The translations under genes were made by a program, and so were the position numbers. The notes under the pieces are model-generated. The model was given only the letters and a program-made list of their open reading frames with translations. It was not told the DNA's origin and ran no database searches. A stretch of DNA of 64,000 nt from Octopus vulgaris (taxonomy: Eukaryota): contig OX597840.1 in assembly GCA_951406725.2 (NCBI GenBank), positions 1,550,001 to 1,614,000 of the forward strand. The letters are read 5' to 3'. Shown one piece after another: positions 40,468 to 54,832 of the stretch (positions are counted from its first letter, which is position 1; each line of letters starts with the position of its first letter).

Positions 40468-40634
40468 ATATATATAATTATATATATATATGTATGTATA
40501 TATATGTATATATATATACATACATATATATATATATATAAATGCATGTATATACCTTCACACATACACACATATATGTACATGTATGTATATATATAAA
40601 TATATATAGGTATGTTTATATATGTATATAAGTA

Positions 40635-40691
<57 letters not shown>

Positions 40692-41216
40692 GTATATATA
40701 CTCGTGCAAACATGCACAGATACACATATGTCTGTATAAATTCATATACATGCACACACTCGCTTCTCCATATATATGTTAACATGCTTGCATAAACGCA
40801 TATATATATATATCTACATACACATATATACACACACACATATGTATATGTATATATCTATATATATATATATCTTTACAAACATGTATAGAGATATGTC
40901 TATATCTATATCTATATATATATATATGTCGACTGTGTGTACGTGTACGCTTTTATGCACGCATGTGCAGTGTGAACACGTATGCATGTATTTGTGTTTA
41001 TGCGTGTATGGAGGGGTGCGTGGGTAAATATCTACACCCATATGCAATCAATTAGTGTACCGTAAAGCAAATATGACAGGCTAAACAAGAAAGCGCAGAA
41101 GCACAAATCTACGCTAGCAAGTACGTTAATTCAGTTATACGAAGGTGTTAGTAAGTGTATGAATGCGCGTGTGTATATATATATATAAGAGAGAAATTAT
41201 ACAAAATGTATAAATA

Positions 41217-41628
41217 GGCGAAGGAGTGGCTGTGTGGTTCCGGGTTCCGGGTTCCGGGTTCAGTCCCACTACATGGCTTCTTGGGCAAGTATCTTCTACT
41301 ATAGCTTCGGTCCGATCAATGCCTTGTGAGTGGATTTGGTAGACGGAAACTAAAAGAAGCCTGTCGTATATATGCATATATATCTATGTGTGTATGTGTG
41401 TGTGTGTGTGTGTGTGTGTCTGTGTTTGTCCCCATAGCATTGCTTGACAACCAATGCTGGTGTGTTTGCGTCCCCGTAACTTTGCGGTTCGGCAAAAGTG
41501 ACCGATAGAATAAGTACTAGGCTTACAAAGAATTAGTCCCGGGGTCGAGTTGCTCGATTAAAGGCGGTGCTCCAGCATGGCCACAGTCAAATGACTGAAA
41601 CAAGTAAAAGAGAAAAGAGTAAAAGAGT
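41217..41628 (+). mobile_element. SINE family A
   Basis: Head with (GGTTCCG)3 expansion, internal microsatellite, tail. Confidence 0.85.
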
Positions 41629-41679
41629 ATATATATATATATATATATAATGGAGAAATTATGCAAAGTGTATAAATAG

Positions 41680-41860
41680 ATGATAAGTAAAGCACCGGCA
41701 CAGTTTCGATTCCCTGTTGTTATCCGTAGATTTATTGCAGGAGCTTCGTTGTGGCGGTTGGGGTAACTGTATTAAAAAAATAGATGGAGTGAGTTAAAGA
41801 TTTTATTGGGTATGACACATGTTTCGACGCGTTCTGGATTTCTTCGGGTACATCAATTAA
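41680..41860 (-). mobile_element. HHR family 6 fragment (decayed)
   Basis: Minus: GTAC-CCGAAGA...GTC-GAAA-CATGTG-TC-ATACCCAATAAA; shares two blocks with 47778-47932. Confidence 0.55.
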
Positions 41861-42120
41861 AAAGTCTCTCTGGAAATTCTAGGTGTTGGCTTACGTACCA
41901 CCATATGTCAATCAAATTCGGGAATGAGTAAAAACACAGAGAAAATTCATTGAAGCGCAAAAAATATGGACGTGGAAAGTGTACATTCTAGTTTAGAGAA
42001 AATGACGTAATGAGCGTTCGCTGTTGTAACTGTGAGGAGAGAGAAAAGGAAGTAGAGGTGGAAAGGAATTTTTTTTGTGATCCTACTGAGACGCTCATAT
42101 ACATAAACATATGCATATAC

Positions 42121-42165
<45 letters not shown>

Positions 42166-42191
42166 CGCGTATACATGCCCACATATGTATA

Positions 42192-42242
<51 letters not shown>

Positions 42243-42252
42243 GTATACATAC

Positions 42253-42286
<34 letters not shown>

Positions 42287-42617
42287 TTATATACGCGTAT
42301 ACATGCCCACATATATATATATATATATGAATATATATTTAAGCGTATACATACCCATATATATATATATATATACTCATTTTTACTCTCTTATTTGTTT
42401 CAGTCATTTGATTGTGGCCATGCTGGAGCACCACCTTCAGTCGAGCAAATCGACCCCAGTACTTGTGTAGTACTTATTTTATCGACCCCGAAACGATGAT
42501 AAACGTCAAAGTCGACCGCGGCGGATTTGAGCAGGGGTTTTCACACCTGAGATGTCGTTAAACATTTTCCCCGAGGTTCCAACGTTCTTGCCACTTTTCC
42601 CTTCATACATACATACA

Positions 42618-42682
<65 letters not shown>

Positions 42683-42782
42683 GTATGTATACATATATAT
42701 AATATATATAAATATAAATTACATCAATTTTATATACACACACGCACCCACCTATCCACCCTCCCCCACGCACACACACACA

Positions 42783-42868
<86 letters not shown>

Positions 42869-43104
42869 CGTAGGTTCATGGGAGAGGCAATTAGAAGCTG
42901 TAAAAATTGGAGTGCAAAAGTGCACAACTATTAAAACGGTTGCCGGTGGTATGGCATTATTTCTGAGTTAATACAGGGAACGATTTCAAGGCATCTGAGA
43001 GACCACAATTCAAAGGGAATAGGAACATCGGACTCAAATTATTTCATTCCTACATAGATATTTTAAACACACATACACTCGCACACACAGACACAGACAC
43101 ACAC

Positions 43105-43154
<50 letters not shown>

Positions 43155-43157
<3 letters not shown>

Positions 43158-43369
43158 TAGGTGAAAGAATTATCCTACGTTTATCGTCAGCATGGAAAAT
43201 TCGTTTAACCGAAACCTGGGTAGCAAATCACATCAGAAAACACGGTTGAAGCGACCTGTCAAGGGTAGAAACTCCGGATTCATGTGTAGAAATTTGTGTG
43301 TTGTATATGAATAAATGAAAGAATGGAGTCGAACGAAGATGTTAACAAAATTCCTTTACTCTCGACACA
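43155..43369 (-). mobile_element. HHR family 1 element, portion 3' of the cleavage site
   Basis: Reverse-complement homologue of 1675-1882; its 3' end abuts (TA)n. Confidence 0.75.
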
Positions 43370-43664
43370 AGTACTTAGGACGAATCAATCAATTTATTAT
43401 TGTTGAATAATAAAAATTAATGTGTGGGCGCCGGTTGAGAAGATTATGTATGTAAATATGTGTACATGTATGTATATATACATATGTGCGTGTGAGAAAG
43501 TGCATATATACAAACGCATATATATATATGTGTATAGGTAACCGTTCTAATAATTGAGCACTCCAAATGATAGACGATCTAACTCCCTTTTCAAGGAACC
43601 TAAAATGTAATGTATGTCAGTAGGGACATACATATAGACACATACACATATACACATGTAAACC

Positions 43665-43708
<44 letters not shown>

Positions 43709-43752
43709 GGTTTACATGTGTATACGTGTATGTGTCTATATGTATGTCCCTA

Positions 43753-43797
<45 letters not shown>

Positions 43798-44072
43798 GGT
43801 TTACATGTGTATATGTGTATGTGTCTATATGTATGTCCCTACTGACATACATAAAGGGAGTTAGATAGTCTATCATTTGGAGTGCTCAATTATTAGAACG
43901 ATTACCTATACACATATATATGCGTGTGTATATATGCACTTTCTCACACGCACATATGTATATATACATACATGTACACATATTTACATACATAATCTTC
44001 TCAACCGGCGCCCACATATTAAGTTTTTATTATTCAACAATAATAAATTGATTGATTCGTCCTAAGTACTTG
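43368..44072. repeat. ~705-bp imperfect palindrome centred on (TA)n with a duplicated inner segment
   Basis: CAAGTACTTAGGACGAATCAATC at 43368 is mirrored by GATTGATTCGTCCTAAGTACTTG ending 44072; the block CATAGGTTTACATGTG...GTCCCTACTG occurs twice on the right side. Confidence 0.95.
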
Positions 44073-44276
44073 GAAAAATAAGTATTAGTAAAATAATGAC
44101 AATAAAAGCAAAATATATTTTAATTAAGTTGATAATTAACATAAAACTTATCCCTGATTACCCTCCTAACACCTCAACTAAATATCCTATTTTCAGTTTA
44201 ACTATTTTAACACCAATTAATCGCTTTAAATATCTTGCTGGCCTCAGCAATAATTCTGTACCTACTACTGCAACGT

Positions 44277-44598
44277 GTGGAGGCGAAATGGCCCAGTTGT
44301 TAGGACAGCGGACTCGCGGTCGGAGGATCGCGGTTTCGGTTCCCAGACCAGGCGTTGTGTGTGGTTATTGAGCGAAAACACCTAAAGTTCCACGACACTC
44401 CGGCAGGGTGTGGGGGTGGCGACCCCTGTTGTACTCTTTCGACCCAACTGTCTCTCACTCTCTCTTGCTGTTTCTTGAGTAACGCAACGATGGACTGGCG
44501 TCCAGTCCAGGTGGGGCGAACACATACGCCATAGGAACCGGGAAACCGGGCCTATGAGCCTGGCTAGGCTTGAAAAGGGCTTATGAAAAAAAAAAAAA
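44277..44598 (+). mobile_element. SINE family D variant with poly(A) tail
   Basis: tRNA-like head; TSD ACTACTGCAACGT at 44264-44276 and 44599-44611. Confidence 0.85.
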
Positions 44599-44750
44599 AC
44601 TACTGCAACGTTATGAATTTAGAAGTTCTCTCATTCATCGATTCATCCATTTTCTCTTCCTCCTATTCGTAGGTTTTCAGAGTAGACCCTTCGAGTATCT
44701 TCTCCATAGACACCATCGGAAAGCACCCTCTCTCCTCCATGCTATCCGTC

Positions 44751-45484
44751 CTATAGGAGCACACTTAGAGAAGGCCCATTTACTCTGGCCATTCTTGTCA
44801 CATTCAACCGCCCTTCAACGAAATTACTGGGTGCCAGTAGCTCCCTCTCTAGCCTCACTTCCCTTTTCAATTGGAACCTGAAAAGTCTATGAGGCCTTGG
44901 CCAAAGACGAAGGTACCCGTCTTCAACTCTTTTAATCATGTTCATCACACAACCTCTTTTGCCATAGCCACAAGACAGAAAAATTACCCCCCCCCCCCAT
45001 CGCGGCCATAGGAAGGAGATGGAGCGATCTTCACAAGGGACTGGGACGATAGCCTGATTCGTCCTATACGTAACAATAACTGTTCGACAAATCTCCATAA
45101 GGAGTCTGGTGAAGGCGCGTGGCTTAGTGGTTAGGGCATTCGGCTCACGATTGTAAGGTCGTGGTTTCGATTCCCGGCGACGCGTTGTGTCCTTGAGCAA
45201 GACACTTTATTTCACGTTGCTCCAGTCCACTCAGCTGGCAAAAATGAGTGGTACCTGTATTTCAAAGGGCCAGCCTTGTCACACTTTGTGTCACGCTGAA
45301 TCTCCCTGAGAACTACGTTAGTGGTACGCGTGTCTGGGGATTGCTCAACCACTTGTACGTTAATTTCACGAGCAAGCTGTTCCGTTGATCGTTGTCAGCT
45401 GGGACCCTCGTCGTCGTAACCGACGGAGTGCTCCCCCCATAAGGAGAATGTACGAGAGCATGCAGAACGATTTCATTGCTTTGC
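44751..45484 (-). pseudogene. Old Tx1-like ORF2 C-terminal fragment, split by a SINE
   Basis: QSNEIVLHALVH ... FRFQLKREVRLERELL...NVTRMARVNGPSLSVLL*, aligning by eye to the 31370 ORF end. Confidence 0.75.
45105..45436 (+). mobile_element. SINE family C
   Basis: Near-identical to the 18735 copy; TSD CCATAAGGAG at 45095-45104 and 45437-45446. Confidence 0.9.
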
Positions 45485-46574
45485 GGTAATTAGTCCTTCT
45501 TTATATTCAGATTTCAAATTCAGTCGAGATAGATATTGCTTTCCTTCCTTTAAGGGACGATAAATAAGTACCAGTCAAGCACTGGGGTTTATAATATTGA
45601 TTTAAACCCCTCCCTATCAAATCGCTGGCCTTGTACCAAAATTTGAAACCAATATTTTATATCGATTTTTCCAAGCTTCGTAAATCAATCAATTAATCAA
45701 CAAATAAATAAATATACTGATAGAGGGGGTGGGAGCAAATGGAGCTTTTTGATATAATAATTTTTTATAAAATGATAAAATTTATATGATAAAATTTTCA
45801 TTTATTATCCTGATTTTGAGGTTTAGCCCTAGGTAACCCAAACCTGCTTGACCAAGTGATTAACAGCAGATCAGTAGTTAAAGATGAACGTCTATAAATA
45901 ATAATATTGTTACTGTTGTTACGTTTGTTTTTTACATCCGGAGCACAGATCAGCTCTAATCGTATATACCTGCTGTTTTTCGCATTGTTTAACCACAGGC
46001 CGTCGTTTAAGTAGAAAAGCCTATTGTTGGCGTTTATATTTTCAGTATCAAGTCAAAGGTCAAATCTGATCGACCGTAGCTAACATCGTTGCTGCTATTG
46101 TTTTCGTGGTTGATGTTGTTTACGCTCAGGCCAAAGATCACGACGATCAATTGTGCCGACTCATGTTAGTGCTCTATAGCCCCAGGTCAATACTGAGCTG
46201 ACATGTCTATATTCCTATACATCCCATACGTGATCAACGTGTATTGATTTCCATTTACAATATAACCAGGTTCACATGACCTTTTACTAAAAAATCAATA
46301 TGGTATTGTATGGACTCACAAACATAACAGACCTGGTGTCAGATGTTGCTATTCCAGTGAAATACTACTGTTCAGGATTGATAAATCAGTGGAAAACCGA
46401 GAATTAGTTAAATCCTTTTTTACGGCTGAGTTCAAATCCCACGAGATCAACTATACCTTTTGTTCATTCGCGGTCGATATAATATAGAATAAATTACTAT
46501 TCAAGATGCGAGAGAGAGAAAAGCCGGTGGAATAATCTAACAGTTTCATATCAAAACATACTCGCCACGTGTAT

Positions 46575-46803
46575 ACTCTTTACTCTTTACTCTTTTACTT
46601 GTTTCAGTCATTTGACTGCGGCCATGCTGGAGCACCGCCTTTAGTCGATCAAATCGACCCCGGGACTTATTCTTTGTAAGCCCAGTACTTATTCTATCTC
46701 TTTTGCCGAACCGCTAAGTGACGGGGACGTAAACACACCAGCATCGTTTGTCAAGCAATGCTAGCGGGACAAACACAGACACACAAACATATACACACAC
46801 ACA

Positions 46804-46853
<50 letters not shown>

Positions 46854-47018
46854 TACGACAGACTTCTTTCAGTTTCCGTCTACCAAATCCACTCACAAGG
46901 CATTGGTCGGCCCGGGGCTATAGCAGAAGACACTTGGCCAAGATGTCACGCAGTGGGACTGAACCCGGAACCATGTGGTTGGTTAGAAAGCTACTTACCA
47001 CACAGCCACTCCTGCGCG
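46575..47018 (-). mobile_element. SINE family A, full length
   Basis: Near-consensus copy. Confidence 0.9.
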
Positions 47019-47473
47019 TATAGACCACAAAACCAATAAATGTATTTCGTTTTATATAATTAACTAAAAAAAAAAGCTTACCTACTAATTTCTTCATGAT
47101 AATTATCATTGAAGACGAATACAGGATCTATGATGATGTATATGAGTGTTTGTGTTTGTGACTGTTGGGATTAATCTATATATAATTATATTGGTCTTTG
47201 AGAAAGAGATGTTGATCAAAAATCAATTAATCCGGACGGAATGTGTTAATACGATCTAAGCAGCTAGGATTAATGCTCCACATATAATTTGTTTGGGTAT
47301 GTTTTTTTTTTTTTAAATCTATCTCCTTGAAATCAGAAAACATTTCGCACGAACTTAAAAACTTGCGAGGTAATGCGATCAGCTTATAAAACATGATATA
47401 TCTTCAGTTAAGTATGTTAATGTACAAATGTGTTAGGATGGCAACAGATGGAATATGCTAGGTTCATTACATG

Positions 47474-47548
<75 letters not shown>

Positions 47549-47552
47549 TTCA

Positions 47553-47755
47553 GTGTGTACCGTTGGCAATTTTTTTCCCTCCGTCTTTCCTTCTTTGGAT
47601 CTTTCCTTTTCCTATGTTTCTGACGAAGAGCTCCGCTCGAAACGTTGAGCCCTCCTTCTTTCCTTCTTTCATGAGCGTCCAATAATTCTATACTTGTTCC
47701 ACGTCCTCGCGTTTTCGTGTTTTCTCTTTGTGTTTTCATGTTTGGATTCACTTTA
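47553..47755 (+). mobile_element. HHR family 3 pLTR-like element between (TA)n tracts
   Basis: GTTT-CTGACGA-A-GAGC TCC GCTC-GAAA-CG-TT-GAGC at 47616-47650. Confidence 0.75.
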
Positions 47756-47777
47756 CATATATATATATATATATATA

Positions 47778-47931
47778 TTAATAAAATTGGAGACAGAATG
47801 TGTAATAGAGGTTATTGGGTACAACATATGTTTCGACCCGTTCTGTTACCCCAACCACCACTACGAAGGTCCCGCAATAAATCTACGGATAACAACAGGT
47901 AATCGAAACTCTGCCGATGCTTTACTCTTCA

Positions 47932-47932
<1 letters not shown>
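47778..47932. mobile_element. HHR family 6 rearranged (internally inverted) fragment
   Basis: 47815-47845 matches 41803-41835 in the same orientation; 47845-47932 is the reverse complement of 41680-41770. Confidence 0.6.
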
Positions 47933-48001
<69 letters not shown>

Positions 48002-48378
48002 CGAGATCGTGGTTTCAGCTCTTAGACCAAGTGGGCCGTTGTGGTCTGGAGCAGAGCATTTCATCTCACGTTTTTCTGCGATCAACTCGGCTCCTGACGC
48101 CTAGTACACCGTGTACATTCTCAGGCAGCGTAGATTTGATGAAGAGAGAGAGCTAACGTGCGGCACGAACATTTGGTCGTTATAAACAATTCATTTGGTG
48201 CCGGAGGTCATTCGGCAAAAAGCTGAACACTAATACATCTAATACATCTTCTAAGAAAAAATATATATTCATATAAATTAAACAATATACCGTGAATAGC
48301 GATAGCGAAACCGGTCGATATATTAAAAATTATATTAAAACCATGTAAGTGTGCGTATTTTCCTTTTCTAATTTCTTA

Positions 48379-48411
<33 letters not shown>

Positions 48412-49153
48412 GGGGGTGGTGGATGTATTTATGTATGTATATGCATGCACGAGGTGAGATGCCACAATCGTTACACGCCGGACAAACTACTTAGTTTCAT
48501 ATCGTTTTCATCGGTCTTTACCATCCGAGTTCAAGTTACATCCAGGTCGTCTTTTCATTATTTCTTGGTCGTTAAGATATGTACCAGTTGAGCACTGGGG
48601 TTGATGTATTCGACAAACTCCTAATCTGAAGTTGTTGGCCTTGGGCCAAAATATCAAATTAATATATATACATACAGATACACTCTCACACACAGATATA
48701 TATATATATATAAAGCCCTTATTGTTGGTTTCCTTGTCCTGTCTTTTACTGTTTTTATCTTTATTTGTACAGTTTTTTTCTTCATTTGTATTGCTTTTAA
48801 GTCCTGTTCTTGTCACTTTTTTTACCCCTCCGCAAAAATTTTTTACTTAATTCATTTTGTGGGAAGGATTGCTTTGACGTGGCCGTGTTCTGCCCTTACC
48901 TTGGAAACACGCATTGAGTCGAAACAGGAGCAGCTGAAGAAGTGGAATGTTCCCTCTGCTGTTTGTCTTGTACTCTGTTTTTTCGTTGTTAAAAAACAGT
49001 CCGTTTCCTTGTTTGGATTTATGTTTTCGTTTCTCGTTGTGTTCTACGTTTATTTGTGGTGTCCTGTACTCATATATGCATGTATATATACATATAGATG
49101 AAGGTATGTACATATATGTATGTATGTAAGCATATGTTTTATTTATTAAATTG

Positions 49154-49225
<72 letters not shown>

Positions 49226-50042
49226 AAAAATGTGTGAAATTCCTGGTACGATTACGTATATTTGAAAAAAGGAATTGAATGACTTCACGTGTAGTTCTAA
49301 TCAAGTTAATTTTCTAATAATACAATTTTAGTTTGATTTTTAGATATTTTTTGCTTATATGTAAAGAAGTAAAAATGTGAGCTAGCATGATCTCACCCCA
49401 CCTCCCCTCCCAAAGCAATATAAAAAAGGACATTTCTATCAACAAACATTGCAATACTAACCTTACATTTTTTTTTCCGTCTACTATCGTCCCTTTTTAT
49501 TTTTATCAAAAGTTATTCTCTTAAACATCATTAACGCCCAGTCACACACTTAAAGTCATTTTCAACATAGAAAATTACTGAAGCTTCTCTTTATGAAATT
49601 AAGATAGTTGATTCAGCCGTAAGAGAATTTGAGGAACATCTGACCATTATATTTTTCAGCTAACTTCAACTATTCAAATGGAACCAGCAAGAGTTCCCTT
49701 TCACAGGCCCTTCACAAAACACACCTTAAACACCCACCACCTTCCAACTCCACACTCAATCCATTATCTTATTTTTACCATTTACTGTTTTCTTTCAGCT
49801 CTTGTTTATCAACACTCATTATCTACTACACTTAATAACAAAATCAAACCCAACGCAGATACTATCAAATGTCTTACATATACAATCACACAGCAAGTTC
49901 AAAGCAACTTAAGTCTGGAAATCGCCACTGACAAACGAGAGAAAGTTCTACAGAGGAGATAACAAGGAATTTTTAACAAATCTTCCCACCGGAGTTAACA
50001 AAGAACTTACTATATCTAAAAACCAAATTGTAAAATTATATA

Positions 50043-50609
50043 CAGAGGTTGGACAAAATAATGGAAACACCTTAAAGTTTCAAACAAATTTATTTTAATA
50101 TCCGGCTTTGTGCAGCTTTGTGCAAACATTTTTTCTGGAAACTGGGTTCTTGAGGGGGTCATTAAGCTCTGAAGTAATTTTGGGAGCTGTACTTTTGTGA
50201 TGCATTCTAACAATTCGTGTAAGAGTCCCACGGTCCCTATCTGAAAGTTTTGGTTTTCCTCCGGAGTTTTGCTTCGACGAAGAGGTTTTTCCCACTTTCG
50301 CAAAGGCTGTCATTACTTTTGAGGCAGTACTTCTTGATACACCAAACATTTTGCCTGTTTTCTTTACGCTAGCACCTGCTATACAAGCACCAACAGTTTG
50401 ACCTCTTTGAAATTCCGATAGATTTCTCATTTTAAAGAATTTTAATTACCTTTTTCTGGTGATATTGGAAAAGAAAGAGCATTTTTAGCAAAATATATTA
50501 AGCAACACTAATAATAAAAAAAACATAAAAATATCTTGACGATTTTATAAATATTTCAAAATTATTATGCTATGATGCTAGGTGTTTCCATTATTTTGTC
50601 CAGCCCCTG
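50043..50609 (-). mobile_element. Internally deleted Tc1-like transposon
   Basis: 30-bp TIRs CAGAGGTTGGACAAAATAATGGAAACACCT / AGGTGTTTCCATTATTTTGTCCAGCCCCTG; HTH ORF 50095-50430 (MRNLSEFQRGQTVGA...GVSRSTASKV...LSDRDR). Confidence 0.9.
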
Positions 50610-50664
50610 TTTATATATATATATTAATATAAATTAACAAGCAAAAATGTTCCTATATACATAC

Positions 50665-50717
<53 letters not shown>

Positions 50718-51220
50718 TGGGATGGGTGTGCATACATGAATGTATATCCACAATATATGCATAAAATCGAGTCTCTGCAAGTTTATGTGCGTATCTGTGT
50801 TCTGTGTATTTTTTGAAGATAAAATGAAACCCCTACGCACTATTACAAGTAGAAAGAGATAATTTCCATCTACTATATTTCAGATAACATCGTCTGTTTA
50901 GCCTCGACGTATTGTGAGTCACTTCTGTGTTTATTGGGACACACATATCATAAAAAATATTTTACGATATCAGCTTATCAAAACTGTTGTTTCTATTTGA
51001 TTTAATGATAATATAGCGCGTCTTGTCTTTCATATACACCGGTGCAAGTCATGGCTTCTATGTAAGTATGAATGGGTGATTGTGTTTTTCTCAACATTTT
51101 CTCCACCTTTAAGGAAGGTGGTTGATTTCTAACGAAGATACAAAGCGCCGTCGGTGGCAAAGGATAAAGAAAATAAAGTCACTTGTTGATTGAACTTCAG
51201 AAAAGACTGCTCTACTTTTT

Positions 51221-51299
<79 letters not shown>

Positions 51300-51300
<1 letters not shown>

Positions 51301-51504
51301 ATATATATATATATGTATATATATATGTGTGTGTATATATATATATATGTATGTATGTATGTATATATATACATATATATGTCTATGTATATATGTGTGT
51401 ATGTATATATATATATATATATATATACATACACACATATATACATAGACATATATATGTATATATATACATACATACATACATATATATATATATACAC
51501 ACAC

Positions 51505-51531
<27 letters not shown>
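51300..51531. repeat. Palindromic compound microsatellite centred on (TA)n
   Basis: Interruptions on the left (GTCTATG, TGTGTG, TATG runs) are mirrored on the right; axis near 51415. Confidence 0.85.
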
Positions 51532-51589
<58 letters not shown>

Positions 51590-51599
51590 CACACATATA

Positions 51600-51811
51600 C
51601 AGGGTGGCCCAAAAGTAGGCTTACAATTATTCAATTATCTCTTTCGCATTTATATATTAACAGTTTAGATCTTAATTATAAAAATATATGAAACCATTAT
51701 TCTACGCTAATTTAGTTAATTGTAAGATAAAATTTTAAATGTAAGAAAATATTTAAAAAGAAATTTAAGGTGTCTACGAGATGACTATAAACTTACTTTT
51801 GGGCCGACCTG
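51600..51811. mobile_element. Tc1/mariner-type MITE
   Basis: TIRs CAGGGTGGCCCAAAAGTAGG / CTTACTTTTGGGCCGACCTG with TA on both flanks. Confidence 0.85.
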
Positions 51812-52647
51812 TAAATATATACAAAAATGGATTTCCTCCTGTGAAGAGATCGGATGGGCCTACCTCGCCGCAAAGAAAGGAGATGAGGACAGCCGCAGCA
51901 AACAAACCTCATTCATTAAATACCATATATTAGAGGAGATTTCACGTAGTGAGCGTGCAACAATGCTAACGGCAGCGCCGTAACTTGGCCGTAGCACTGA
52001 AGATGAAATTATTAACGAGAAACAAAAGGAAATATATACATATATATTTACATATATATATATGTATGCATGCAAATGTATGCGTGTAAGTGTGAGTGTA
52101 TCAAGAAGTGGCAGCTGCCACCCAACTGGCATCAGATTAAAATTATGATGCAGTCGCTGCAGATCTCTGCAGCTTTCAGTGACAATATGTTTCATCTTCG
52201 TAGTAATCAAATGAGCATGAGCGCATGAAACAGCTGTAGGGTTTACCTCTAGCTATTCCTTTTTAGCTTCTATCATTGCGTTTTAGCTACAATGACCAGA
52301 CTTAAGCTACAATCTAACATCAATAATATTCTGGAAGTATATCACAAGAACCATGAACATACGTCTACTGAATATTTGTTGATCATATGTGATCAAAAGT
52401 TCTGAAGCTTGTTTACTTTATTGAAGCTGAATAAACATGCAAATATATGGCATAATTTGTGCTAATACCTGTTGATTGTCTCACACTTTCTTCTATAATA
52501 CAGGTTTCATTGAATCTCAAGTTAGAGATAAAGTAGCAAGACAAATGGTTGTAGGCACCTATTTTCTTAGGTAGACATAAGTATTACCAGAAGCGTATAT
52601 ATATTTATATATCAACATGTGTGTCTGTGTGTATGTATATATGTATA

Positions 52648-52689
<42 letters not shown>

Positions 52690-52698
52690 TTATATACG

Positions 52699-52736
<38 letters not shown>

Positions 52737-53011
52737 TATATATATATATATATATATACACATATCTGTATATTAATATATGGACAAGTGTATTTGTTTA
52801 TACATACATATATATAAATATATACATATGTATGTATATGTATATAAATATATCACACATATACAGACACTAGTCCGTATCATTAAGTCATACGGTTTGA
52901 GAGAAAGTGTTATTAAAAATACACGAGCGAGCGAGGAATAATTCTTTTGACGTTAATTATAAACAAACACACACACAGACATATGTATATATATACATAT
53001 ATATATATACA

Positions 53012-53071
<60 letters not shown>

Positions 53072-53292
53072 CACAATATACGTATATTATGTACGTATAG
53101 TAGTCTCAGAGAGAGAGAATGCGTGAGCGAGAGAGAGAGAGAGAGGTGTCTGGGGAAGAAGAATCTGTCAGGAAAATAAAATACGATAGAAATATGTGAA
53201 AAAAGTATATGTTGCTTAGATGATGGATTGACGTTTAATGGAGAGACTGACAGATAGCCCGAAAGACCGAAACCGGAAAACAGACGGGACAT

Positions 53293-53317
53293 AAGATAGA
53301 TAGATAGATAGATAGAT

Positions 53318-53402
<85 letters not shown>

Positions 53403-53407
53403 TAGAT

Positions 53408-53442
<35 letters not shown>

Positions 53443-53502
53443 TAGATAGATAGATAAATAGATATATAGATATAGATAAATAGATAGATTGAGAGATAGA
53501 TA
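53293..53502. repeat. (GATA)n microsatellite
   Basis: Direct reading. Confidence 0.97.
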
Positions 53503-53788
53503 AAAAGGATAAAAATTGGTAGATTGATAGAAAATTAGAGGCACAGACGTAGATACAGTGATAAATCTATTTATGAGAGAGAGAGAGAAAGAAAGAGAGA
53601 GAAAGAAAGAGAGAGAGAGAGAGAGAGAAAGAGATATATGTGAAAAGAGAGCAATTTCGTTAATACAATAGGTAACAACAATGAACAATAATTGTGACTA
53701 GGAGATAGTTTGTATACACATAAGCACAGATACATACTCACAAACACACACATATTTATGTCCATACCGACACACACACACACATATA

Positions 53789-53828
<40 letters not shown>

Positions 53829-53830
53829 TA

Positions 53831-53873
<43 letters not shown>

Positions 53874-53878
53874 GCATA

Positions 53879-53939
<61 letters not shown>

Positions 53940-53989
53940 ATATGCACATATTTATATATTTATATATACATATATATATATATACATAG

Positions 53990-54021
<32 letters not shown>

Positions 54022-54359
54022 CATTTATACATCCGAAGAAAGGAGACAGAGAGAGAGGGCAGCGTTGTAGGGAGAAGAGCAGACGATGAGAGATTTATAT
54101 GCGATAAATCACCGAAAGCTATCCCGCGCTGATGTATGCAATAAGTAATATAACAGAAATCTTTGTCGCTCTCTTTCTTCCATTTCTTATATACAGACTG
54201 TAAATACAAAGTCAGGCTCGGGAGAAACAAATAAATAAATAAATATATAACGTTGATAATTGTCGTCTGCTTTAACCAATCTCTTGGTTCAGACACTTAA
54301 TGCTTTATGATCGAGGGTATAGAAGATGTAAAATTTATGCTTTATATATACATATATAT

Positions 54360-54375
54360 ATTATTACAATTGTTG

Positions 54376-54442
<67 letters not shown>

Positions 54443-54444
54443 CA

Positions 54445-54505
<61 letters not shown>

Positions 54506-54528
54506 CATCATTATTATTATTATTATTA

Positions 54529-54599
<71 letters not shown>

Positions 54600-54768
54600 A
54601 TTGCTATTATTATCATTATTATTATTATAATTATTATTATTATTATTATTATCATTATTGTTATCATTATTATTATTATTGGTATTATTACTGTTATTAT
54701 TATCATTATTGTCATCATTATCATTATTATTATTATTATTATCATTATTATTATTATCATTATTATTA

Positions 54769-54826
<58 letters not shown>
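54360..54826. repeat. (ATT)n microsatellite, ~465 bp
   Basis: Direct reading. Confidence 0.98.
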
Positions 54827-54832
54827 GAATTC

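Noticed and set aside
42158-42362. Repeated blocks TTATATACGCGTATACATGCCCACATAT
   Set aside because: Ordinary ~130-bp tandem duplication within a compound TA microsatellite
49620-50010. Possible third PLE endonuclease remnant (REFEEHL, TNLPTGVNKE)
   Set aside because: Only two short motif-like matches; insufficient without an HMM search
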